Origin: Nitrospinaceae bacterium
GTDB lineage: Bacteria > Nitrospinota > Nitrospinia > Nitrospinales > Nitrospinaceae
Assembly: GCA_965223665.1 (NCBI GenBank)
Contig: OZ245011.1
Span: forward strand, 3,008,001-3,072,000
DNA length: 64,000 bases
Direction: 5' to 3'
Positions 28,086 to 38,700 of this stretch are shown piece after piece. The notes under the pieces were generated by a model that worked only from the letters and a program-made list of their open reading frames with translations, was not told the origin of the DNA and did no database searches. Position 1 is the first letter of the stretch, and every line of letters starts with the position of its first letter. The position numbers and the translations under genes are program-made.

Positions 28086-28241
28086 AAAATTGACCTGGCA
28101 ATGGGTGAAACAGAGTGAAATAATCTGATTAAGAAAATAGCATAAAAACTGTTTAAATACAATTAATTATGATATTAATGGTAGGTGTTCAGGGTGTTTC
28201 AGGAGGGGTCACCAATATTCAGCATATTTCAAACATGGACC

Positions 28242-28289
28242 GATTCGTAATCAGTAGGTCAGCGGTTCAATTCCGCTCGGTGGCTCCAT
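28242..28289 (+). repeat. att core direct repeat, right copy (tRNA-Thr 3' fragment)
   Basis: 48-bp exact copy of 13196..13243; the tRNA 5' half is absent. Confidence 0.95.
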
Positions 28290-28501
28290 TAAATCCCTAA
28301 AAATTTAAATATATATAGACCATTGTCTTATTAATTGGAAACGCCTGTTTAAAAATAATAAAGTGAAAATAAGGGTTGGAATCCAATAAAATAATTGGAC
28401 CGTAGCGGGAGTAATACAATACAAATCAACTTCATATGAAAGTAGGTTAAACACCACCATGAAATTATATAAATTTCTGGAACAAGCCATGTGGAGAACA
28501 T

Positions 28502-28731
28502 ATGGATATTAATATTATTCTTGCACTAAATTTTTAGCAATTACTCTTTTAGAGACCTTATCACCTGGACCCACATTTGCCTTAGTCGTACAAGCTAGAA
28601 TAAGTGAAAAAGAATCTGATATTAATAAGCTTTTAAGTGGAATAACTTTAGCAAATCTATTATGGGTCATTCTTGTTATTAATGAATACGAATGGTTTTT
28701 AACTTTAGGAATTGAAATTAAAAAAATATAA
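28502..28731 (+). pseudogene. LysE/RhtB-family translocator remnant
   Basis: GGAG RBS and ATG, then a frameshift into FLAITLLETLSPGPTFALVVQ...GITLANLLWVIL (SPGP motif); early stop. Confidence 0.6.
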
Positions 28732-29716
28732 TCAATCAAATTCCAATAACTCTACCTAACAGTCATAAGAATAGAATTAATATTTCTTTAATCTCATTAA
28801 GGGTATCAACCATTTTCCTGGATTATGTTTATTGGCGAAAAGGGGTATACTTCTTGTTTGTTATTATCATATTATTACCAATAAACCCCTGAAATTTTTT
28901 TATTAAAATTATACTTTTCAAAGTTTATCCATTTTACTCGACCACTTAAGGCCAAAGTTTTAATTCATGTGATTTAGAAACATATTGGATTAGAGATGAT
29001 TATTATAGGTAAGAAGTGTTATATAGTTTCGAGTAATTCCAGGTGATGTTTCGTTAAAGGGAGGTTTGGTTTTAAAGGGCCAATGTAAACAAGAAGTCTC
29101 ACAGAGTCTTAATTAATTACCAAAAAATCTGCAATTTATTTTTTTCTTTCCAAAGCTCAAAGTAACAACAATTCAAATTTATAACGTTTTCTACTTGTTC
29201 TCACCCTCTAAAAACGTCAATAAATTTTTAAAAATTTTTAACTTTACTTATGGAACACCTTTCTTAGGTGAAGCGGTCAATTAGGAACGGTATGAATTTA
29301 AATTTTGAGTTTGTATTCCTTTTTTATTGGAACTTTAAGGCATGAAAAAATCAGCTTAATTAAATCATTAAAAATAAACTTGTTAATCCATTTTCGATAC
29401 CAATCTTTCTTTCCTACGATTTTTCCTACTTTAAATTGGCTAGTTTTAGCCCAATACTTTCAAGTACTTAAAAAAAAGTATTTGACAATTTTGACTTATT
29501 TCCCTAGTGTTTGGCTTACTGAATTAATTTTCGCTATATAGAATTTTAATTTGTATTTTTATTCCGCTAATGAAGTTCAATGGGAGGGAGAGATAGGTCT
29601 TAACTATTTATAATATAGTTGATTATGGCCATTGAGCTCCTGGGTTGCAAAGTGCATCCTGTTTCCCTCCTCACAAAATATATTTTTACTATTTCCTAAT
29701 TTATAGGTGATTCCAA

Positions 29717-32700
29717 ATGAATAAAAGGCTGATGTATCCGTTTCTTTTCCTTTGTTTGTTGATTCAAACTTTAGGATCTCCTTTTGAAAGTTTTGCCCAG
29801 ACCCTCAAGCGTGGTCCTTATTTACAGCAGGGAACATCCAACAGCATGATCATTAAATGGCGGGTGCCGAGTGATCAATCGGACTTTAATACAGTCTATT
29901 ATGGAACGTCTCAAAACAGTCTTTTGAGTTCTGCTGTATCTGTTAGCCCCACAAACCTGAGTTTGGATGGGACTGCACTCACCGAAATGGAAACCACCTT
30001 ATCTGGTTTGGCCGAGAATTCGGTGTATCACTACGCTATCGGAAACGCTGCCGGTCCGTTGCCGAAAACATCGGCTCGTGGAAGCTTTATCACCGCACCT
30101 GCCAACGGAACCTCGCAAGCCACGCGTATTTGGGTACTGGGGAATTCCGGAATAGAAAATAACAACTCTGAAAATGTGAAGAACGGATTTCGCACGTATT
30201 CCCAATTGCGTTCGCCCAATTTACTTTTGATGTTGGGCGACAATGGGATGACGGAGGGAACCGATTCGGAATATCAAGTGGCTGTGTTTGATCAATATGG
30301 GAACTATTTGCGCGATGCTCCCCTATGGCCGACATTGGGAGATGCTGAAGGTAACAGTTCAGATGCATCAGCCCAAACCGGAGCATATTTTAATATTTTT
30401 AATCTGCCCAAAAATGCGGAAGCGGGTGGAGTGGCTTCCGGAACAGAGTCGTATTACTCCTACAATTATGCCAACATTCATTTTGTCGTATTAAATTCCG
30501 CCGGCGCTGATCGGTCTCCGGGCAGTCCTATGTTGACTTGGCTGAACAGCGACCTGGCGGTTAACTCTCAGGAATGGACCATCGCCTACTGGCACCATCC
30601 GCCTTATTCGAAGGGGGACCACGATTCCGATACCGAGATTGAATCGAAAGAGATGCGGGAAAACGTTCTTCCCATTTTGGAAAAGTATGGAGTCGATCTT
30701 GTATTATCAGGACGCAGTCACTCTTATGAGCGCTCGGCGTTTTTAAAAAATCATAATGGCGATTCCGGAACGTTCAATGAAATCACACATCAGATCAACG
30801 GGGGAAACGGACGATCTCTTCCCGAAGAAGGAGCCGATGGCTCTTATAGTAAATCCTTCGTCGATGGCCAAAAAGAGTCCAACAGCGGAACGGTTTATTC
30901 CGTGGTGGGGAGCTCCAGTTTGCTGGAAGAGGGTTCTTTGAACCATCCGGCGATGGTCGTTTCTCTTAAAAAGTTAGGTTCCATGGTATTAGATATTACC
31001 GGAAACCGCCTGGAAGCAATTTTTCTCGATTCCATGGCGCAAGTTGAAGACAAGTTTTCAATTGTACATACCCCGGATGCTCAAGCTCCGCAAATTTTTG
31101 GAGCGCAGTCTTTAAATACTTCCACCGTGAACATTCAGTTCTCCGAGCCTGTGGAAAAAGATTCTGCCGAGGATATTTCTAATTATTCTTTAAACAACGA
31201 AGCGACCCTCGTTTCTGCTACCCGATTGGACGACCCGCGTGTAGTGCAGTTGGTGACATCGGAGCTAGATCCAAACGTCATCCATATATTAAATGTGGTT
31301 AACGTCAAAGATGAAACTGCCCAGGTTGGTATTGCCGCTCCCGGCATTAAAATTAAATTTGTTCCCAATATTTCCACGTCAATGCAGCAAGGGGTTCTGC
31401 CGGATGAAAATTACTCAGGAGCACAGGACGCATACGTAAACTCGTCAGACCCGGAAACGAATTATGGTGAGACGACTTCTCTTTCCGCATGGAACAGCGT
31501 GGACGAAACCGGGGATGCTTCTCGATCACTTGCTCTATTGCAGTGGGATTTATCCTCAGTGCCCGAAGATTCTGTGGTTCAATTCGCCAACCTTTCAGTC
31601 AATGTGACCGAAGCCAGTTCCGGACAAAGTTTTCTTTACGAAGCAAAAACATCCTGGAAGGAAGGAACGGTGAATTGGAACACCTTTGCGGATCCGGCCA
31701 CGAAAGGCGATACCATTTTGGGCACCCTGGAGCCGGGTGAAGCAGGCAGCCATACTATTCACTTGAATCAAGCGGGACGACAACTGGTTCAGGATTGGAT
31801 TGACGGTAACATTGCCAATAACGGATTTATTTTGCAGGGAGACGCAACGGAAGATCTATTAAGTTTCGATTCCAGTGAAGTGGCCACGCCGGAGGATCGG
31901 CCTCGATTGCAGGTTTTGGTGACCACGGCTCAAGGAGATGAAATCTCCAAGGAACTTGGGTTGGATCAAACCATCGATCATGAAGAAGGTGATGGTTCTG
32001 GTGGTGGAACGGATGGCGAAGCGGTAGCGGCCATGAAAGAGTTTACTGTACTCAGTAAAAGCGGCAAGAAAATTGTTTATGACGAGGCGGAACTGGAAAT
32101 TGAAAAGACTTCTTTGGAAAACGATACCAACATTTCCATCACGCCATTGAAGCAAGACGATTTGCCGAAGTTGGATCCCGGCATGGTGAACGTGACTAAA
32201 GGACCGCGCAAAGGATATCGCTTTTTGCCGCACGGACAGCGTTTCAAAAACAAAATCAAAGTTAAACTGCCTTATGATCTGGCAAAAATCCCGGCTGGCA
32301 AAACCGCAGCGGACATTCGAACTTACTTTTTTGATGATGAAGCGGGTCAGTGGAAAAAACTGGAAAGAGTTCAAGTCGACGCCAACAGTCAAAAAGTGAT
32401 CAGTAACACTAACCACTTTACGGACATGATCAACGCGGTGGTGACGGTCCCAGATTCGCCTCAAACTGCTTCGTTTAATCCGACGCAGTTGAAGGACATC
32501 AAAGCAGCCGATCCCGGAGCGAAGATCAATCTCATTGAAGCGCCGCAGGCCAATAACATGGGCGATGCGCGAGTGAGTTACCCAATTGAAATTCCACCGG
32601 GACGTAACGGCATGCATCCGCAGTTAGCGGTGCAATATAACTCCTCCGGCGGTAACGGTTGGATGGGTGTTGGTTGGGATCTTCCAATGCAAACGGTTTC

Positions 32701-35700
32701 CATCGATACGCGATGGGGTGTTCCGCGTTACAGTTCCACCGAAGAAACCGAAACGTATTTGTTGAACGGAGAACAGCTCACTCCTGTGGCGCATCGTGAT
32801 ACGCTGCAGCCTCGCACGGCGGACAAAATTTTTCATACACGTATCGAAGGACAATTCCGAAAAATCATTCGCCATGGTGACCTGCCCGACAATTATTGGT
32901 GGGAAGTGATTGATAAAAACGGAACGCGGTTTTTCTATGGCGGTGGTCCGGATACCAATGGCGGCTCCGGTGGACCGACGACCAACTCCACTTTAGTGGA
33001 CGCCAGTGGCAACATCGGGAAATGGTCTCTTAGAGAAGTTCGCGATACCAACGGCAACTTCACGAAGTACACCTGCGTGCGTGAATCCGACAGTGGGTTG
33101 GGCGATGGCACCGGTGGCGTGCAGGGCTCGCAGCTGTATTTACAGACTATCACTTACAGTGGCCATGGAGCTACGGAAGGATTGTATAAAGTCGAGTTTA
33201 CCCGTGAAAGCGAACTCACCAATCCGGTACGTCGACCGGATGCGATGATCGATGCACGGCTCGGATTTAAAATGGTGACGGCCGATCTGTTAAGAATCAT
33301 TGAAGTGTCCTTCAACAATCAACCAGTGCGCAGTTATCGGTTCGATTACATCGAAGGCGCGTTCCGCAAAACGTTGTTGGAAAAAGTTTCGCAGTTTGAC
33401 GAAAACGCCAACCCGTTCGATACTGCGGCCATTCCCTTTAATTTTCATAACTTCGAGTACTTTGACGAAGCGCGGGAAGCCAACGATATCTACCGCGGGT
33501 TTGCAAGACCTTCCTATGGACAAGTGGAATTTTGGAATACCGGGAACGATAACGTAAAAGCCGACGGATTACTTGGTGATTTAGATGCGAGCGCTATCAG
33601 CGGAAATGAAGGTTCCGGTTTTGGTGGACACCTGTATATTGGAATCGGTACGGATCCCACAAAATACAATACTGTGGGCGGTAAGGTTGGTTTTAACTCA
33701 AGTGAAACTGAAGGGCTTCTGGCATTAATCGATATAAATGGCGATTCTCTTCCGGATAAAGTTTTCCGCGAGGGAAACACGGTATATTACCGCGCCAATC
33801 AATCCGGTCCCTTTGGGGGAACGGTGTTCGGAGATAAAAAAGTTGTCGCCAATTTATCGGACATTTTAGTTGAGCGCAATAATATGTTCTCATTTGGTGT
33901 GGAGTCGTACTGGGTTGGGTTCCTCGGATTTAATCTTAGCAACACCTTTGTAGAATCCCCCATTTATTTTACCGATGTTAATGGGGATAGTCTGCCAGAC
34001 TTAGTGAGAAATGGTGGAGTTTTGTTTAACCAGTTTATGGGTGTGGGTGATCCGGTATTCACTCCGAATAGTTCCGATACGGTTTATCCCATCGGTCCGG
34101 GTGTGGTTAATACCAATAATTTGTTGGAAAGTTTTCAAGCGCTATTTGAACAGCAAATCGATAACTTCCCTCTCATTGATACCTTAAGGAAATGGGTGGC
34201 ACCGTTTGACGGGCAAATTCAAATTACCGGAAATGTAGCGCTCATTGAGGACACCAGTCCGGAGCGCGCCGATTACACTACCGCTGATGGAGTAAGAGTT
34301 GCAATTCAACACAATGCCAGTGAATTGTGGACCGCCACCATTGTAGAAAACGACTACACGGCTAAAACTCCAACCGGGGTCGGTGCCATCAATGTGGTCA
34401 AAGGCGATATCATTTATTTTCGTGTTCAGTCTGAATTCGATGGTGCGTATGATCAGGTCAATTGGGATCCAACCATTCAATACCTGGGAGTGGTCTCCAC
34501 TCTTGATCCCAACAATTTAGATGCCTATGTCTATCAGGCCAGCGCGGACTTTGTGCTGCACGATTCTCGCGGTGGTGAAATGGGAATGCCACTGAACGGT
34601 ATGGTTCAAGTGGAAGGGACGCTGGAAAAAAATGGCGTAACTTCCGATGATATCACTGTTGAGTTGCTAAAGAATGGTTCAGTTATTTTTACACAAACGT
34701 TGAACTGGGATGTGCCCGGTTCCGCTGTGATAAACCAATCGGTTTCGGTCATAAAAAACGAGTTTGATAATACAGGGACCCAAACTCAAGTTGGGGATAC
34801 ATTATCCATTCGTGTTCTGGTGGACTCACCTATAGATTTGACCCAAATCAACTGGTTGTCGACGAATCCCATCCGTGCTTATTACACTTCTTCACCAGAT
34901 ATTCCCAATGTGAATGATCAAAACGGAAATCCACTGGTGAATATAAATTTATTTCCTGACACTGACCTGTATCCTGAAAATGATCTTACCGCACCGTTGG
35001 TTCCGTGGGTAGCTCCCTTACCTATGACCCAAACCTACACCGTCACACCGGCATTAGCGGCAGGTGGCGGCAGCAGCGTTCAGGATGTGGTGGTGACCGT
35101 TAAACGCAATGGCGACCGAGTGGCGAAGCATTTGTATTCGGATGGACCGTTTACCATCGATGCTACGCAAAACGACGAATTGTTTTTTGAGTTCACCACA
35201 CGTGATCCCGATTTATTCGGGAATCTCACGCAAATGGCGATAACAGTGACCTATGATCAAGGTGGTGTTCCACAAATGGTGCAAGTGCCAACGGCCTTTA
35301 ATTATCCGGAACAGCCAACCATCCTGACGCAACGATATCGAGGGTGGACCGCTTTCGGCTATAACGGTAATCGAGACCGTGCCACTCAACCGATCAATAT
35401 TACCCAAGAAGATCTTACTCTAAGTAATTTGGCCTCTCTGGATATTGATGCCTTGAATCAGGCGCTGCAGGATGCGGTCAATAACCAGAACCCGGATTTA
35501 AGTCTTGGTGACGATTTCAAAATGAACTTAGTTCCTTTCTTTCCTGCTTTTGCGAACCAACGATGGGAAGGTAACGATCCTAACTTATGGGCGGATGGAA
35601 CGACATTAAGTAGCTCCCGTAATGGTCCGGATTATATTTCAGTGCCTACTGCCGATTCTTTTGCGGGCGCTTCAGCGGTGCCTCGGCTCAGTCAGACCAA

Positions 35701-38700
35701 TCAAATTGGGTTTGCTTTAGGAGTGGGTTTTGTATCTGGTTCATTGGGAACCTCCGTGTCCCGTTCTATTCTGGATTTTAAAGATCTTAATGGAGATCAG
35801 TTTCCCGATGTCATCGGAAGTGGGCTTACAGTTCAGTTCTCTCCAATGATAGGCGGACTGGAAGGTTCGCGAAATGGAGTGGGTCTCAGTGGAGATAACC
35901 AGGAAACGGAGGGGGAAAGTTTTGTTTTTGGTATTAGTGGTGGTTTTCCCAGTCAGTCAGGTAACAGCACAGCTAATGTGGATTCCAGAGCAGGTGCAGG
36001 AGGAAACAGCGGCAATACAACCTTACAGCTTCCTGCATTGGGTATTAGTATCAGTGGTTCCGTCTCCCAGGGAGAATCGGAAATTCAGTATGACCTACGT
36101 GACATCAACGGCGATGGTCTGCCGGACAAAATTATTTTGGGTGGAACCATCTCGGTTCAATTCAATTTGGGTTATACCTTTTCTGCTCCGGAATCTTGGG
36201 ATGTGGCCAAAATTAATTTTGGTGAAAGTGACGGTACCACTCTGGGCCTAGGCTACAACGATGGAGTTTATGGTTGGGGAGCCGGTGTCAGCGGTAGTGA
36301 GTCGGAGTCCATCTCCTTCGATTCCTTACAGGACATCAATGGCGATGGTCTGTTGGATCGTGTCTCGGTGGATTCAAAAGATGCCAGCGTTATTCACGTT
36401 GGGTTTAATACCGGAAATAGTTTCACAATAAATTATCAGTTGGAAAGTGGTTTGGCCAAAGGAATGGCAAATACCATTTCAGAAACTGAAGGCGGAGGCG
36501 TTTACTTTACCTATCCTTATTTACTCTTTCCATTGCCTCCTATCTTCTTAGTCATCAACCCCGGAGTTGATTTCAGCGCGACGATGGGCCGTGTCGAAAC
36601 CAGTATTATCGACGTAGATGGAGACGGGTATCCGGACCACTTGTTCACGGACCAGGATCATGAAATGCAAGTGGCCCGTAATCTGCACAACCGTACCAAT
36701 ATCCTCAAACATATCAGCCGGCCTCTCGGTGGAACTGTCGATATTGAATACGTTCGTAGCGGTAATACCTATGACCAGCCGCAAAGCCGTTGGGTGATGA
36801 GCCGTGTCAAAGTATTCGACGGTTTCGTCGGAGACGGGGTTGATACCCAGGTGATGACTTACGAATACGAGGACGGATTTTTCCATCGTCAGGAACGTGA
36901 ATTCTATGGTTACCGAACGGTTATCGAAAACGATTGTGATAGCACCAACGATCCGGATGTGACCTGTGACAGCAATAACAGCGGCGGCAACCTCTATAGA
37001 ACCGTAACCCGTAAGTTCATCAACGACCTGTATTACAGCAAGGGCCTGATGGAAGAGGAAGTGATTGCTGATGCTTCCGGCAACCTGTTCATTGAAACGA
37101 TCAATGAATACCTGTTGCGCGATATCAATACCGGCAACGCACTGGTGGTCACTAACGATCCGAACGATGTGAATCAATTGACGGCCACGGTGTTCCCGGA
37201 GTTGTCCCGCGTCGATAAGTTTTTCTACGAAGGCCAGGCAACCGCGCAAAAAACCACGCACATGACGTATCAGTACGATACGCTCGGTAATGTCATCCGT
37301 TTCTTTGATGCCGGCGATACCGGAGCGCAGGATGATGTTGAAGCGATCATCGGTTACTTCAGCGATTTACCGAACTACATCGTCGGTAAGGCAGACAGCA
37401 TTCTGGTTAACGGCAATACGGTCGAGTTCCGTCGACGTGAAGCGGATATCCAACCGGGCACCGGCAACCTGCTGCAGGTGCGCCAATACCTGGCGAACGG
37501 TACACCAGCGGTGACCGATCTCACTTACGATGCGTTCGGGAATATCGCCAGCGTCACCGGTCCGCTCAATCTCAATGGCCAGCGTTATCAAATCGATTAC
37601 CTGTACGACAGCACGGTGAATACCTATGTGACCAGTATCACCGACAGTTTTGGTTACAACTCAACTGCCACATACAACTTGCTGTACGGCCTGGTGGAAA
37701 ATACCACCGATATCAACGCCAATGCGATTGATCGTACTTACGATGCCGTGGGCCGTGTCGATTCCATCACCGGTCCGTTCCAAACCGGCACCGGCAATAC
37801 CACGATTAATTTCGAGTACCATCCGAAGGTGACGGATACTGATCCGTTGTCCTGGGCGTTAACGCAGCATATCGATGTGTTCCGTAACGTCAACGATCCG
37901 ATTGAAACAGTGCTGTTCACCGACGGTCTGAAGCGTGTGCTGCAAACCAAGAAAGATTTGGCGCTGCACGTGGCCGAAGGTTCACCGACTCAGGATGTCA
38001 TGACCGTATCCGGTCGTGTGATTTTCGATTTCGTCGGCCGTACCATCAACCAGTACTATCCGGTGACCGAGAGCCTCGGTAACCAGGGTGCGTTCAACGT
38101 CAACTTCGATACGGTACAACCGACAGTGATGACGTATGACATCCTGGATCGTAATTTGCAAACCACCATTCCGGACAACACCAGTACGGTTATGGCATAC
38201 GATTTCGGTAACGACCGCAGTGGCACTCCACAGTTCCGTACCACGGTGACCGATGCCAACGGCATTATCAAGCAGACCTTCCGCGATGTGCGTAACTTGA
38301 TCACTTCGGTGAAAGAGTTTAACAATGCAGGCAGTCAGATTCTGTGGACCAGTTACGCTTACGATCCGTTAAAACAGATCACACAGGTGGTGGATGATCT
38401 CAACAACACCACCAACGTGGAGTACGACAACTTTGGTCGGCGTACGGTGATTAATAACCCGGATACCGGCCGCACTGAAACTCAGTACGACCTGGCGTCC
38501 AACGTCACGGCACGCATCACCGCGAACCTGCAGGCAGTTAGCCAGCAGATCAGCTATAACTACGACTTTAATCGCCTGTCGACTATCACCTACCCGCAGT
38601 TCACAGAAAACAATGTGGCGTATACCTACGGTGCACCGGGCGCACCGGATAACCGCGCCAATCGTATCGTGACAGTGAGTGATGAATCGGGCAGTGACGA

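Larger units (their letters stand above)
13244..28289. mobile_element. 15,046-bp integrative element, phage-satellite-like (int, alpA, primase-helicase, HGGxSTG) with defence-like cargo
   Basis: Bounded by the 48-bp tRNA repeat. Carries a tyrosine integrase at one end; no capsid, tail, relaxase or T4SS genes were recognised. Confidence 0.9.

Noticed and set aside
28242-28289. Second tRNA-Thr gene
   Set aside because: Only the 3' 48 bp are present; it is the att duplication.
13244-28289. Complete prophage or ICE
   Set aside because: No capsid, portal, large terminase, tail, lysis, relaxase or mating-pair genes were recognised.
28515-28739. 74-aa minus-strand ORF
   Set aside because: It is the antisense of the LysE-like pseudogene on the plus strand.
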